A DNA stretch of 64,000 nucleotides from Burkholderiales bacterium (GTDB lineage Bacteria > Pseudomonadota > Gammaproteobacteria > Burkholderiales > JACQAP01), in the NCBI GenBank assembly GCA_045810225.1, contig JBJMWI010000087.1, positions 7,283 to 71,282 on the forward strand. Reading direction: 5' to 3'. Numbering within the stretch: position 1 is the stretch's first letter; each line of letters opens with the position of its first letter. Of this stretch, positions 34,811 to 47,587 are shown in pieces. The notes beneath the pieces were generated by a model, which searched no databases, had not been told where the DNA came from, and was given only the letters and a program-made list of their open reading frames with translations. The position numbers and the translations under genes are program-made.

Positions 34811-35830
34811 ATGACTATATCGCAATCTATCCTCGTTACGGGTGGTGCCGGGTACATTGGCTCTCATACCGTTGTTGAATTGCTTGCGGCAGGACATGAC
34901 GTCTTTATCGCAGACAATTTATGCAACAGTAAGGCGGAAGTTATCGACCGCATTGAGGCGATTTCAGGACGAAGGCCAGGGTTCGCGGCCGTTGACATGC
35001 GTGACCAAGGTAGTCTCCGCAAATTATTTGCAGAACATGCCTTCAACTCCGTACTGCATTTCGCCGGATTGAAAGCGGTCGGAGAATCGGTAAGCAAGCC
35101 TCTCGAGTATTACGACAACAATGTCATTGGCACCTTGTTTCTACTGGAAGCCATGGCCGAGGCTGGGGTCTACACTTTGGTATTTTCCTCATCAGCGACA
35201 GTGTACGGTAACCCGCACACGGTTCCGATTACTGAAGATTTTCCGCTGAACGCAACCAATCCCTATGGTCGGTCAAAGCTTATTATTGAAGATATCCTGC
35301 GCGATACTGCACGAGCGGATGCACAATGGCGGATTGCGTTGCTGCGTTATTTCAATCCGGTCGGCGCTCATGCTTCCGGGCTGATCGGGGAAGAGCCCCG
35401 AGGTACGCCGAACAATCTGATGCCGTATGTTGCGCAAGTGGCTGCGGGTATGCTGCCACAACTTTCCGTCTACGGCGCGGACTATCCCACACCGGATGGG
35501 ACCGGAGTTCGGGATTATATCCATGTCGTTGATCTAGCCCAAGGACACCTGGCAGCGCTGACCGTTCTTTCACAACGTCCGGATCTGCTTACGTTAAACC
35601 TTGGAACAGGCCGCGGCTATAGCGTGCTGGAAATGATAAAAGCATTTTCAAACGCGAGTGGCCGCACCATCAACTATCGCGTTGTCGATCGCCGTCCGGG
35701 CGACGTGGCGGCGTGTTATGCCGATCCGACGCTGGCCTATAAAGTAATGGGCTGGCGCGCACATCGCGGCATCGAGGCAATGTGCGCGGATGCCTGGCGT
35801 TGGCAGAAAGCTAATTGTTCTTCGACGTAA
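34811..35830 (+). CDS. galE: UDP-glucose 4-epimerase
   Basis: 'ILVTGGAGYIGSH', catalytic 'YGRSKLIIE' (YxxxK), and 'RDYIHVVDLA'. Confidence 0.9.
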   Translation: MTISQSILVTGGAGYIGSHTVVELLAAGHDVFIADNLCNSKAEVIDRIEAISGRRPGFAAVDMRDQGSLRKLFAEHAFNSVLHFAGLKAVGESVSKPLEYYDNNVIGTLFLLEAMAEAGVYTLVFSSSATVYGNPHTVPITEDFPLNATNPYGRSKLIIEDILRDTARADAQWRIALLRYFNPVGAHASGLIGEEPRGTPNNLMPYVAQVAAGMLPQLSVYGADYPTPDGTGVRDYIHVVDLAQGHLAALTVLSQRPDLLTLNLGTGRGYSVLEMIKAFSNASGRTINYRVVDRRPGDVAACYADPTLAYKVMGWRAHRGIEAMCADAWRWQKANCSST

Positions 35831-35837
35831 CTGGAAC

Positions 35838-37082
35838 TCAAAAATAGCGAGTCACGAGAAAGCTGATGGCATTGTATTCAAAGTCCGCCAAGGGCGTATT
35901 CGATGTTCTTCGTCCTCTTTCCAAATTAAAGTCGAGTTCAGTCAGCCGCAAAGGCGTCCAGAGTAATGAGACCTGGTATATCTTGTCCTTGTCCTCCCTT
36001 TGAGCCGTTGGTGCTGTGAGTCCCGGGTCGCCGAGATAGTCGAGCGTTTCGTACAATATCTTGCCGCGTAATGCCCATTTCGGTGCCAACGACCACGTCG
36101 GGATGATGCTGATGCCGGTGACGCGAACGTAGTTTGCGCTGAGGTTCTGAAAATCGGAAAGTTCACGCCAGGTGGCGAAATCAATCGCAGTTTTTCCAGT
36201 CGGTCGCCAAATGTAGTTCAAGCGCCAGGTCGGAGCGCTGTAATCCCGGTTTGGCGCTTGGTCGAATGAACGGTCGGTATGGCCTAACCGGGCACGTAAT
36301 TCTGAGGCTCCTGTGATCCTCCAGTATGTAACTACGCTGTATTCAGTTTCCGTGTAGTCGTTTTCGACCAGTGACGTTCCCACTGGTGTGGCGGTTGGAT
36401 AATTTGCTCTTGCTTTGCGCAATTGCGCTCCCACTGTATTCTCAGCGGGTGTGACCCAATTTACAGTTGCGGTGGTATTGTTGATCTTGGAATCCAGGAA
36501 ATCTCTGGATGATTCGCCATGATCGGTATCGTTCCAATCGGCCGCCACCGTCAGCTTCAGGCGTGAATAGACAAGATAATTGGCAGTGCCGTATACACGG
36601 TCTGCATTCACCATATCGCGCAGGTTTTGCTGGAATTCCGCGAAACTTTCGAGATAACGGCGATGACCGAAACCCAATTCACCGTTCCAGTCATTACCTA
36701 CTTGCCACTGCCATTCGCCCAGCAGAGAGTTCGAAGTATTGTCGAGATTGTCGAACCGCTGGAATCTGTATTCGGTCACGTTCGCCTGCGCAATGAATTT
36801 CTGCCGGCTCTGCCGAATTTCATACTGTGCGCCGGCACCAAGTTGGTAGATCATGTCCGACTTCTCGGAAGAGCCGATAGCGGCCTGTGCATCGGCGTCG
36901 TCAGACAAACGGAACAAGTTGCTGTCATAGGCCAATCCGCCGTAAAGCTTCAGCTGCAAAGGCTGACTTTCCTGCAGCCATCTTTCCTTCTGCAGAGGAG
37001 TGTACTCTTCGAGTTGCTGTGAAAATGCAGGCCCCCGTAGCGCCATCAACGTGCCTAGCGCGATGAGCAATGACGTTCTCAT
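35838..37082 (-). CDS. outer-membrane beta-barrel protein, EpsL-like (exopolysaccharide-associated), putative
   Basis: It has a signal peptide, alternating amphipathic beta-strand pattern and a C-terminal '...ISFLVTRYF' (aromatic terminal residue, the OMP beta-signal). The 'YGGLAYDSNLFRLS' start resembles EpsL-type barrels. Confidence 0.55.
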   Translation of the reverse strand: MRTSLLIALGTLMALRGPAFSQQLEEYTPLQKERWLQESQPLQLKLYGGLAYDSNLFRLSDDADAQAAIGSSEKSDMIYQLGAGAQYEIRQSRQKFIAQANVTEYRFQRFDNLDNTSNSLLGEWQWQVGNDWNGELGFGHRRYLESFAEFQQNLRDMVNADRVYGTANYLVYSRLKLTVAADWNDTDHGESSRDFLDSKINNTTATVNWVTPAENTVGAQLRKARANYPTATPVGTSLVENDYTETEYSVVTYWRITGASELRARLGHTDRSFDQAPNRDYSAPTWRLNYIWRPTGKTAIDFATWRELSDFQNLSANYVRVTGISIIPTWSLAPKWALRGKILYETLDYLGDPGLTAPTAQREDKDKIYQVSLLWTPLRLTELDFNLERGRRTSNTPLADFEYNAISFLVTRYF

Positions 37083-37328
37083 TGTTCCCCCGAAAAAAAA
37101 TCCCCAAAAGCCTTTTTGCTAATCGCGGGACTATGCCAGGAACATGCCCCGAATCTCGTATATAGAGAATGCAAATGGAATTAAGTTCGGTTCCCTGCGC
37201 TAGAGAGACCAGAAAAGTGCAGGTTGAGCGACCGAATGAGACAAATAGCGGCTGAAGCGGGAACCGGCAATGTGACCGCCGGTGCAGACCGGGGATTAGG
37301 GTGGTAGCTTCAGCAGCGGTGGGAGAAG

Positions 37329-37415
37329 TGGTGCCGGGAGCCGGAATCGAACCGGCACGCTATTGCTAGCGCGGGATTTTGAGTCCCGTGCGTCTACCAG
37401 TTCCGCCATCCCGGC
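37329..37415 (-). tRNA. tRNA-Leu (anticodon CAA)
   Basis: The minus strand reads GCCGGGATGGCGGAACTGGTAGACGCACGGGACTCAAAATCCCGCGCTAGCAATAGCGTGCCGGTTCGATTCCGGCTCCCGGCACCA. It has a 7-bp acceptor stem, anticodon loop CTCAAAA, a long variable arm, a TPsiC loop GGTTCGATTCC and an encoded CCA. Confidence 0.9.
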
Positions 37416-37482
37416 ACGGGAGCGCAATTATCGACAATTCAGATGCAGCGGGCAACTTCTACTCGCCGATATAATGCGCGCG

Positions 37483-39622
<2,140 letters not shown>

Positions 39623-39779
39623 CGTGCTAAAATGCGCCACTTTTTCGTGGCCTTCGCTTTGTTCGGACTTTTGAATTCCTTTTAAAACTCGGGCGGCGTC
39701 GGTACAGCTTGGCGGCGAAATGGCGAGATTTGCCATGGAGGCTGCCATCCAAACTTGATCGCGAACTGGAGGAATATCC

Positions 39780-40112
39780 GTGCTGATCAGCAATGCTTAT
39801 GCTCAGGCCGCACCAGCGAGCCAGGGCTTCGATTTATTCCAGATGTTGCCTCTGGTATTGATGTTCGTACTGTTGTATTTCCTGATGATCCGGCCACAGT
39901 CCAAGCGCGCAAAAGAGCATAAGGCGATGCTGGCAGGGCTGCAGAAGGGGGACGAAGTCGTCACGGCTGGCGGCACCCTCGGCAGGGTCACCAAGGTCGG
40001 TGATAATTTTGTTTCGGTTGAAATTGCTCCCACCGTTGAAATCCAGGTACAGCGAACCTCGATCAGCACTTTGCTGCCCAAGGGGACGGTCAAGGGCGTA
40101 GACAAGGGTTAA
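39780..40112 (+). CDS. yajC: preprotein translocase subunit YajC
   Basis: GTG start with GGAGGAA upstream. 'LVLMFVLLYFLMIRPQSKRAKEHKAM...GDEVVTAGG'. Confidence 0.88.
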   Translation: MLISNAYAQAAPASQGFDLFQMLPLVLMFVLLYFLMIRPQSKRAKEHKAMLAGLQKGDEVVTAGGTLGRVTKVGDNFVSVEIAPTVEIQVQRTSISTLLPKGTVKGVDKG

Positions 40113-40129
40113 CCGGGAGCTTCAATAAC

Positions 40130-41992
40130 ATGAACCGTTATCCGCTCTGGAAATACGCTCTCATTGCGGTTGCGCTGGCCGTAGGGCTGCTGTACACCCT
40201 GCCAAATTTTTTCGGCGAAGTGCCGGCAGTCCAGATCTCGCCGGCAAAAACCACCGCCAAAATCGATGAATCCCTGCTGTCTCGCGTCGACGTTGCGCTC
40301 AACCAGGCGAGCTTAAAGCCGGACGGCATTTTTCTCGATCCGGCCAGCATCAAAGTTCGATTCGCGAATACGGACATGCAATTGAAGGCAAAGGATGTCC
40401 TGCAGGGCGCTTTGGGGGAAAACTATGTCGTCGCACTGAACCTGCTGTCGAGTTCGCCGCGTTGGCTCTCGCGCATGAATGCGCTGCCGATGTACCTGGG
40501 CCTCGATTTGCGCGGGGGGGTGCATTTTCTCCTGCAGGTCGACATGAAAGGTGCGCTCACTAAAGCCGCTGACCGCTATGCTGCCGATATCCGTACCACG
40601 CTCCGAGGCAAGGAAATCCGTTACGCTGGAATCGCGCGCGAGGGTCCAAATGTCGTGGTGAAATTCCGGGATGCCGAGACACGGGATCGCGCCCTTACCG
40701 AAATTACAAAGCAGAATCCAGACTTGCTGCTGAATCCGGTCGACGTGTCGTCGGAACACTCGATTAACGCAGCGCTAAAAACCGAGGTGCAGAAACGCAT
40801 TCAAGAGTTCGCCATTCAGCAAAACATCACGACGCTACGTAACCGGGTCAATGAACTGGGCGTTGCCGAACCGATCGTTCAACAAGCGGGCGCGGACCGT
40901 GTGGTGGTCCAGCTTCCCGGTGTGCAAGATACCGCAAAGGCCAAGGATATTCTGGGGCGGACAGCGACTCTGGAAGTTCGCATGGTGGATGAAGAGCATA
41001 GCGATGCGGCCTCACTGCAGGCCGCGATCGCAGGACAGACGCCTCTCGGTGATGAGCTCCTTTACGACCGCGAAGGAGCGCCGCACGTGCTCAAGCGCGA
41101 AGTTATCCTGACCGGAGACCGCATCTCCGACGCGCAACCCGGTTTTGACAGCCAAACTGGAGAACCTGCGGTACACATTAATCTTGATGGCCGCGGCGCG
41201 ACGATCTTCCAGCAGATTACGCGCGAGAATGTCGGCAAGCGCATGGCGATGGTCTTGGTGGAAAAAGGCAAAGGTGAAGTGATCACGGCGCCAGTAATCC
41301 GTTCTGAGATCCCCGGCGGCCGCGTACAAATCAGCGGGCGCATGACGACGACGGAAGCGCGGGACGTGGCGTTGTTGTTGAGGGCCGGAGCATTGGCTGC
41401 ACCAATGGAAATCGTGGAAGAGCGAACGGTAGGCCCCAGTCTTGGTGCGGACAACATCACCCGCGGTTTCCATTCAACCATGATTGGCTTCGCCGCAATC
41501 GCCATCTTCATGATTGCTTATTATTTGTTTTTCGGTGTGGTGTCAGTTATTGCTCTGGCCGTAAATTTGATGCTGTTGGTTGCGCTGCTTTCTATGCTTC
41601 AGGCAACGCTGACCTTGCCGGGCATTGCGGCCATTGCACTGACACTCGGTATGGCGATCGACTCGAACGTGCTGATCAACGAGCGCATCAGAGAGGAATT
41701 GCGCAACGGAACGACGCCGCAGGCGGCAATCACAGCCGGTTATGAGCGTGCCTGGGCGACGATCCTGGATTCAAACATCACAACGTTGATAGCCGGCATT
41801 GCCTTATTCATGTTCGGCAGTGGCCCCGTGCGCGGTTTTGCGGTTGTGCATTGTCTTGGCATTCTCACTTCGATGTTCAGTGCGGTGCTAGTGTCCCGTA
41901 GCATTGTGAACTTGATTTTTGGTGCGCGGCGCAAGCTGGAGAAATTGCCAATTGGCAATACCAACTGGTACAAGCGGCAGACTGCCGCGTAA
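40130..41992 (+). CDS. secD: protein translocase subunit SecD
   Basis: 620 aa with the typical SecD periplasmic domain and a C-terminal 6-TM region ('LGMAIDSNVLINERIREE'). Confidence 0.93.
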   Translation: MNRYPLWKYALIAVALAVGLLYTLPNFFGEVPAVQISPAKTTAKIDESLLSRVDVALNQASLKPDGIFLDPASIKVRFANTDMQLKAKDVLQGALGENYVVALNLLSSSPRWLSRMNALPMYLGLDLRGGVHFLLQVDMKGALTKAADRYAADIRTTLRGKEIRYAGIAREGPNVVVKFRDAETRDRALTEITKQNPDLLLNPVDVSSEHSINAALKTEVQKRIQEFAIQQNITTLRNRVNELGVAEPIVQQAGADRVVVQLPGVQDTAKAKDILGRTATLEVRMVDEEHSDAASLQAAIAGQTPLGDELLYDREGAPHVLKREVILTGDRISDAQPGFDSQTGEPAVHINLDGRGATIFQQITRENVGKRMAMVLVEKGKGEVITAPVIRSEIPGGRVQISGRMTTTEARDVALLLRAGALAAPMEIVEERTVGPSLGADNITRGFHSTMIGFAAIAIFMIAYYLFFGVVSVIALAVNLMLLVALLSMLQATLTLPGIAAIALTLGMAIDSNVLINERIREELRNGTTPQAAITAGYERAWATILDSNITTLIAGIALFMFGSGPVRGFAVVHCLGILTSMFSAVLVSRSIVNLIFGARRKLEKLPIGNTNWYKRQTAA

Positions 41993-42025
41993 AGCGGATT
42001 ACTGGACCAAGCAAGGAAAGAAATA

Positions 42026-42955
42026 ATGGAGTTTTTCCGAATCCGTAAAGATATCCCGTTCATGCGTCATGCATTGGTGTTCAACATTATTTCGTTGATC
42101 ACTTTTGTGCTCGCTGTGATATTTCTTGCCACTAGGGGTTTGCATCTCGGAGTTGAGTTCACGGGCGGCACGGTAATGGAAATAAACTATGGCCATACCG
42201 TAGACGTGGACAAAATTCGCGATACTTTGACGCGGGTTAGTCTCGCGGATGCTACGGTCCAAAGTTTCGGGAGTTCGCAAACGGCCTTGATCAGACTGCC
42301 TGCCAAACAAGGCGTTACGGGCGCGCAGTTATCGGAGACCGTGATCAAGGCGTTACGCCAAGATGACCCTTCCGTTGAACTGCGTCGTGTGGATTTCGTG
42401 GGTTCGCAAGTCGGCAAAGAACTGGTTGAAAACGGCGCTCTGGCACTATTGCTTGTATCCATTGGCATCGTGGTTTACCTGTGGATGCGATTCGAATGGA
42501 AATTCGGGTTATCCGCGATAGTCGCCAATCTGCACGACGTCGTGATCATCCTGGGCTTCTTTGCATTTTTCCAGTGGGAGTTTTCGCTTCCGGTACTGGC
42601 TGCGGTACTCGCCGTATTGGGTTATTCCGTCAATGAATCCGTTGTTGTGTTCGACAGGATTCGGGAAAATTTCCGCAAAATGCGCAAGGCCTCTACGCCT
42701 GAAGTCATCAACAACGCGATTACGCGCACGATGTCCCGGACGATCATTACGCACGGCTGTACGCAGTTGATGGTGACGTCAATCCTCATTTTCGGTGGTG
42801 AGACGCTGCATTATTTTGCGTTGGCCCTGACCATCGGCATTCTGTTCGGGATCTATTCATCCGTTCTTGTCGCCAGCCCGTTGGTGATGTGGCTGGGTGT
42901 GACACGGGAAGACTTCATCAAGCCGGAAAAGAAGCAGGAAGAGGCGGTGGTGTAA
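42026..42955 (+). CDS. secF: protein translocase subunit SecF
   Basis: '[12 protein letters not shown]' and '[16 protein letters not shown]'. It follows secD. Confidence 0.92.
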   Translation: MEFFRIRKDIPFMRHALVFNIISLITFVLAVIFLATRGLHLGVEFTGGTVMEINYGHTVDVDKIRDTLTRVSLADATVQSFGSSQTALIRLPAKQGVTGAQLSETVIKALRQDDPSVELRRVDFVGSQVGKELVENGALALLLVSIGIVVYLWMRFEWKFGLSAIVANLHDVVIILGFFAFFQWEFSLPVLAAVLAVLGYSVNESVVVFDRIRENFRKMRKASTPEVINNAITRTMSRTIITHGCTQLMVTSILIFGGETLHYFALALTIGILFGIYSSVLVASPLVMWLGVTREDFIKPEKKQEEAVV

Positions 42956-42962
42956 TTTAGCG

Positions 42963-43601
42963 ATGGAACTGCTTTCGCAGTTTCTCGACGTAATCCTCCA
43001 TCTCGATGTGCATCTCCGGGAGTTGGCGCAGAGCTACGGCGCCTGGGTGTATGCGATTCTGTTTCTGATCATTTTCTTTGAGACCGGTGTTGTAGTTACG
43101 CCTTTTTTGCCTGGAGATTCGTTGCTTTTTGTGGCGGGCACTATCGCGGCTGCGGGGTCCATGAATGTCCACGGTTTGGTGCTGCTGTTGATTGTGGCGG
43201 CCATTGCTGGAGATTCACTGAATTACACAATCGGCCGCTATCTGGGACCGAAAGTTTTCCGTTTTGAAGACTCCCGGTTTTTCAAGCGCGCCTATATTGA
43301 TAGGACTCGTGCATTCTTTGAACGACATGGCGGCAAGGCCATCGTTATTGCACGGTTCGTACCTGTCGTTCGAACCTATGCTCCGTTCGTAGCCGGAATT
43401 GGCTCCATGCAATACCGGCGCTTTCTTATGTTCAACGTGACCGGAGCGGTCCTTTGGGTGGCGCTGCTAGCTTATGCAGGCTTCTTTTTCGGTAACCTTC
43501 CCGTGGTACGCGAGAATCTTACAGCGGTTATCTTTGGAATTATCTTGTTGTCCATAATGCCTGGTGCGGTCGAATTATGGCGGGCCAAACGAGCGCGTTA
43601 G
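42963..43601 (+). CDS. DedA family inner-membrane protein
   Basis: '[22 protein letters not shown]' and '[16 protein letters not shown]' are DedA/SNARE-associated motifs. Confidence 0.8.
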   Translation: MELLSQFLDVILHLDVHLRELAQSYGAWVYAILFLIIFFETGVVVTPFLPGDSLLFVAGTIAAAGSMNVHGLVLLLIVAAIAGDSLNYTIGRYLGPKVFRFEDSRFFKRAYIDRTRAFFERHGGKAIVIARFVPVVRTYAPFVAGIGSMQYRRFLMFNVTGAVLWVALLAYAGFFFGNLPVVRENLTAVIFGIILLSIMPGAVELWRAKRAR

Positions 43602-43604
43602 CTA

Positions 43605-44978
43605 TTACAGGCGCTTTGCCAACGTCTCGGCCAGTCCGATATAGCTTGCTGGTGTAAAAGCGAGCAGACGTTCTTTCTCTGCTGGCGGCAGGCTTAGGCC
43701 GCGGATAAATCCGTGCAAAGCGTCCCGCGTAATGCCGCTCTTGCCACGCGTCAGCGCCTTCAACTGTTCGTAAGCATCGTCTATCCCATAACGCTTCATG
43801 ACGGTCTGAATCGCTTCACCCAATACCTCCCAATTACCAAACAAGTCGTCGGTAAGCCGCTTTGGATCGGGCTCTAATTTATCAAGTCCGCGCAAGCAGG
43901 CATCGTAGGCGAGCAAGCTGTACCCCAGCGCGACTCCCATGTTGCGCAAAACCGTAGAGTCAGTGAGGTCGCGTTGCCAGCGGGAGATTGGAAGCTTGGC
44001 GGATAAGTGCGACAGCAGTGCGTTCGCCAAGCCCAGATTCCCTTCGGAATTCTCGAAATCGATCGGGTTTACCTTGTGCGGCATGGTCGACGATCCAATT
44101 TCACCGTCTTTGATTTTTTGCTTGAAATAGCCGATCGAAATATAACCCCAGGCATCGCGATCGAAATCTAGCAAAACAGTATTGAATGCTGCGAATGCAT
44201 CGAACAACTCTGCAATGCTGTCGTGCGGTTCGATTTGCGTGGTATACGCATTGAATTCAAAACCAAACTTCTCGACGAAATTCCGGCAGAACGATTCCCA
44301 ATCGAAATCCGGAAACGCCGCAAAATGGGCGTTGAAATTACCGACGGCCCCGTTCATTTTTCCGGTTAACGAGACGGCCGATACGCGCGCGCGTTGCCGT
44401 TTGAGCCGATGTACGAAATTCGCCATCTCCTTGCCGAGCGTGCTCGGAGTTGCCGGTTGTCCATGCGTGCGGGATAGCATCGGCAGCGATGCAGTGGAAT
44501 GGGCCAATGCCGTGAGTTTTGCAACGATCGCATCCATGACGGGCATAAGCACTTGCGTCAACGCATCCCGAATCATGAGGGCGTGGCAGAGGTTATTAAT
44601 GTCCTCTGAAGTGCAGGCGAAATGGACAAACCGTGTGATATTGGCTATTTCTGTGTTGTCCGAGAGCTTCTCTTTCAACCAGTATTCAATCGCTTTGACG
44701 TCGTGATTCGTGCGAAGCTCGATTGTTTTCACCGCTTCGCCGTCGCGAACCGTGAAGTCTCGAACCAGCGCATCCAGTTGCATTACCGTAGCTGGCGAAA
44801 GTTGTGGGATGCCGTCTAGTGTCCGCGCTGCACAAAGCGCCTTCAGCCATTCAATTTCGATTCGAATTCGATAACGGATCAACCCGAATTCGCTGAAGTA
44901 GTCAGATAGCCTGGAAACCTTTTCTCGATAGCGCCCATCGAGTGGGCACAGCGCGGTAAGCGGAGAGGACGTCGTCAT
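43605..44978 (-). CDS. purB: adenylosuccinate lyase
   Basis: I prefer the internal Met at 44978 ('MTTSSPLTALCPLDGRY'). It carries the fumarate-lyase signature 'GSSTMPHKVNP'. Confidence 0.9.
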   Translation of the reverse strand: MTTSSPLTALCPLDGRYREKVSRLSDYFSEFGLIRYRIRIEIEWLKALCAARTLDGIPQLSPATVMQLDALVRDFTVRDGEAVKTIELRTNHDVKAIEYWLKEKLSDNTEIANITRFVHFACTSEDINNLCHALMIRDALTQVLMPVMDAIVAKLTALAHSTASLPMLSRTHGQPATPSTLGKEMANFVHRLKRQRARVSAVSLTGKMNGAVGNFNAHFAAFPDFDWESFCRNFVEKFGFEFNAYTTQIEPHDSIAELFDAFAAFNTVLLDFDRDAWGYISIGYFKQKIKDGEIGSSTMPHKVNPIDFENSEGNLGLANALLSHLSAKLPISRWQRDLTDSTVLRNMGVALGYSLLAYDACLRGLDKLEPDPKRLTDDLFGNWEVLGEAIQTVMKRYGIDDAYEQLKALTRGKSGITRDALHGFIRGLSLPPAEKERLLAFTPASYIGLAETLAKRL

Positions 44979-44991
44979 CGGAGCAACTTTA

Positions 44992-46104
44992 TCATGGCGC
45001 GACATGAGGGATGGCTGCATCAATGATGCCACCGCCTAGACAGATGGTCGACTCGTACACGACAACCGATTGGCCTGGCGTGACGGCCCATTGAGGTTCG
45101 GCGAAGCGTATTTCACAAGAAGTGCCATCGACCCGCTCAATTTCGCAAGGCGCATCCTTCTGGCGGTACCGAGTCTTGGCGCCGTATACCCAATTACAGT
45201 GGGGATTCATCCCGCTGATCCACGACAGTTCCCCAGCAGTAAGCGCCTGCGCCAGCAAGGCGGGATGATCATGGCCTTGCACTACGACCAGGCGATTAGA
45301 CGTCATATCCTTGCGGCATACATACCACGGTTCACCAGCTCCTTCGCTGCGTCCGCCGATTCCCAGCCCCTGGCGCTGACCGATTGTGTAATACATCAGA
45401 CCGCTATGCGTCCCAACTACATTTGCCTGCAAGTCCACGATATCACCGGGTTCAATCGGTAAATATCGGCTCAAAAATTCGCGGAACGGCCGTTCGCCGA
45501 TGAAGCAGATTCCCGTTGAGTCTTTCTTGTCGTGATTGGGGAATTTGAGACGGGCCGCGAGATCTCGCACGTCTCGCTTGTACATTTTCCCGAGAGGGAA
45601 AAGCGTGCTGGCTAGCTGAGACTGGTTCAGTCGATAAAGAAAATAACTTTGATCCTTCGTACCATCTTCCGCCTTCAGCAACTGATACATGCCGTCCACT
45701 TGGCGTACTTGGGCGTAATGTCCAGTGGCAATGCGATCGGCACCGAGCTGCAGGGCATGGTCAAGAAAGGCCTTGAATTTGATTTCGGCATTACACAACA
45801 CGTCCGGATTGGGTGTTCGCCCGATCTTGAACTCGGCAAGAAAGCTGTTGAACACACGCTCCTTGTACTCCGCCGAAAAATTCACGGCTTCAATATCGAT
45901 GCCAATGATATCGGCGATGGAAACGGCATCGATCAGGTCCTGGCGTGAATTGCAGTATTCGTCATCATCGTCGTCCTCCCAATTTTTCATGAACAGTCCG
46001 AGTACGTCATAGCCTTGCTGCTTGAGCAGCCAGGCTGCGACCGAAGAGTCCACGCCACCGGACATACCGACAACGATGCGGTTTTTTTTATTCAATCCGC
46101 GCAC
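44992..46104 (-). CDS. mnmA: tRNA 2-thiouridine(34) synthase
   Basis: PP-loop '[10 protein letters not shown]', plus 'ATGHYA' and 'KDQSYFL'. The start is GTG at 46104 or TTG at 46095. Confidence 0.9.
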   Translation of the reverse strand: MRGLNKKNRIVVGMSGGVDSSVAAWLLKQQGYDVLGLFMKNWEDDDDDEYCNSRQDLIDAVSIADIIGIDIEAVNFSAEYKERVFNSFLAEFKIGRTPNPDVLCNAEIKFKAFLDHALQLGADRIATGHYAQVRQVDGMYQLLKAEDGTKDQSYFLYRLNQSQLASTLFPLGKMYKRDVRDLAARLKFPNHDKKDSTGICFIGERPFREFLSRYLPIEPGDIVDLQANVVGTHSGLMYYTIGQRQGLGIGGRSEGAGEPWYVCRKDMTSNRLVVVQGHDHPALLAQALTAGELSWISGMNPHCNWVYGAKTRYRQKDAPCEIERVDGTSCEIRFAEPQWAVTPGQSVVVYESTICLGGGIIDAAIPHVAP

Positions 46105-46546
46105 CCAAGTCCACTATGACATCAAGTGGTGTGCTTTTGCCTGCCAAATAATCCTCCAAGCAGCGGATGACAAGGGGGCTACGATGCCTTGCTCGGTTCC
46201 TGCGTACTTCTTCTGCGGTGAGCCATACTGCGCGAACAATTCCGCTATCGAGCGCTCGGTCGGCGTGATGCGCGCCAAGCCGGCCGGAAAATGCAAAGCG
46301 AAGGTAAGTGGTGTCACTGGGAGATGATTGCCATCGATAGACACCAATGAGGCGTTCAGGCACAAATTCCCACGCGCTCTCTTCCAGCACTTCCCTCGCT
46401 ACTGCTGCGATGATCGTTTCGCCAGCTTCAAGGTGTCCCGCCGGCTGATTGAACAGGAGTCCGCCTTCCGTATGCTCCTCAACGAGCAGAAAACGTCCAT
46501 CGCGTTCTATGACCGCGGCAACCGTAACATCAGGCTTCCAGACCAT
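46088..46546 (-). CDS. NUDIX hydrolase
   Basis: I prefer the internal Met at 46546 because it avoids overlap with marC. Nudix box '[22 protein letters not shown]'. Confidence 0.8.
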   Translation of the reverse strand: MVWKPDVTVAAVIERDGRFLLVEEHTEGGLLFNQPAGHLEAGETIIAAVAREVLEESAWEFVPERLIGVYRWQSSPSDTTYLRFAFSGRLGAHHADRALDSGIVRAVWLTAEEVRRNRARHRSPLVIRCLEDYLAGKSTPLDVIVDLGARIE

Positions 46547-46550
46547 TGGA

Positions 46551-47183
46551 TTAAAGCAACTTGGGAAACAACTCGGTAATTCCCCGGTAAATGTATTCCA
46601 CACCGATTGCGGCGATGATAAGGCCCATCACACGCGTGATGATGTTCATGCCAGTTGTGCCCAATCGCGCCGATATGCGCGTTGCAGCGGCAAATGTCCA
46701 CCATACTGCTATTGCAATTACGGCAGCTGGGATCAGCAGCATGAGTCTATGGACAATGCCTTGCGACTGATGTGTGGCGATAATCATGGTGCTGATCGCA
46801 CCCGGTCCGGCCAGTAACGGAATTCCCAGAGGGACCACCGCCACGGCATCTCGTTCCGCGGCTTCAGCCGCTTCGTCCGGAGTCTGACGAATGCCCGTTT
46901 CGCGCGCTTGCAGCATCGCGATTGCCATTAGCAAGAGCAGTATGCCGCCCGCAATTAAAAAAGAAGGGATGCTGATACCGAAGAAATTCAGCACTTGCGT
47001 ACCAATCAACGCCGCGCTTGCGAGGACGCAGAAAACGGTAATTGCCACAACCTGCGTAATGCGCTGCCGCTCACCATCGGGATAGCCGGTGGTGGTGCCG
47101 AGGAATACCGGAATGCTGGCCACCGGGTCCACAATCGCCAATAGGGCAACAGTCAGCTTGATCAGATTGGTCCATTCGTCCAC
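46551..47183 (-). CDS. MarC family (UPF0056/NAAT) integral membrane protein
   Basis: GTG start with AAGGTG 6 nt upstream. The protein is 210 aa with a 6-TM pattern. 'IDPVASIPVFL' and 'LAGPGAIST' are typical of MarC-family proteins. Confidence 0.8.
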   Translation of the reverse strand: MDEWTNLIKLTVALLAIVDPVASIPVFLGTTTGYPDGERQRITQVVAITVFCVLASAALIGTQVLNFFGISIPSFLIAGGILLLLMAIAMLQARETGIRQTPDEAAEAAERDAVAVVPLGIPLLAGPGAISTMIIATHQSQGIVHRLMLLIPAAVIAIAVWWTFAAATRISARLGTTGMNIITRVMGLIIAAIGVEYIYRGITELFPKLL

Positions 47184-47214
47184 GCGTACACCTTGTGTTT
47201 AGTCGCAAGACGCC

Positions 47215-47247
47215 AAATAAAAAAGGCAGGGCTTTTTAACCCTGCCT
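47215..47247 (-). terminator. rho-independent terminator on the same strand as, and 28 nt upstream of, the marC start
   Basis: The minus strand reads AGGCAGGG-TTAAAAAG-CCCTGCCT followed by TTTTTTATTT. The plus strand has no T-run. Confidence 0.7.
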
Positions 47248-47474
47248 AGCATCGGACTGGCCCCGGGTTACCTGACCCGGTCCTTGGCAGTAACCCATTC
47301 CCACTTTCCTATTTGTCTGGCTAAACCCTATCTTCTCGGGCTGGCAGGTGTGGGTCCAAGTGCACAAGCAGATTCCCGATTGTCGTGGGTACCAGGCAAA
47401 TCTGTGGCCGGTCCCGACTTTTTATTATCGGGAACAGCCGACAGAACCTTTGCGTTGTGCGCAAGGCGCTGGCA

Positions 47475-47503
47475 AGAATAAGGATTTTTCTAGGGGGCGT
47501 CAA
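47475..47503 (-). promoter_or_regulatory. candidate sigma-70 promoter for the marC leader / sRNA
   Basis: The minus strand reads TTGACG-N17-TATTCT. This would give a ~255-nt transcript ending at the 47215-47247 terminator. Confidence 0.3.
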
Positions 47504-47549
47504 ACGACGCGTTCGGCGCCAAAGCACTTACGTTTATCGCGGCCCACTA

Positions 47550-47587
47550 AGAAACAAAGGCAGGGAATTCTTCCCTGCCTTGTTTCT
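47550..47587. terminator. bidirectional terminator (38-nt near-perfect palindrome)
   Basis: AGAAACAAAGGCAGGGAA-TTC-TTCCCTGCCTTGTTTCT has T-rich tails on both strands. It lies 18 nt downstream of the 62-aa gene. Confidence 0.7.

Noticed and set aside
37083-37415. Possible integrative-element boundary at tRNA-Leu(CAA)
   Set aside because: There is no integrase or recombinase gene. I could find no second copy of the tRNA 3' end anywhere in the window. The neighbouring genes are ordinary metabolic and envelope genes. Only the soft compositional argument remains, and I report that separately at low interest.
47255-47320. Cobalamin-riboswitch-like fragments in the marC leader (AATAGGAAAGTGGGAATGGG; GGTCAGGTAACCCGG resembling a B12 box)
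   Set aside because: The matches are only partial, with several mismatches in the B12 box. The GCCACTG core and the expected multi-helix junction are missing. MarC-family genes are not a usual cobalamin regulon member. I left the element unclassified.
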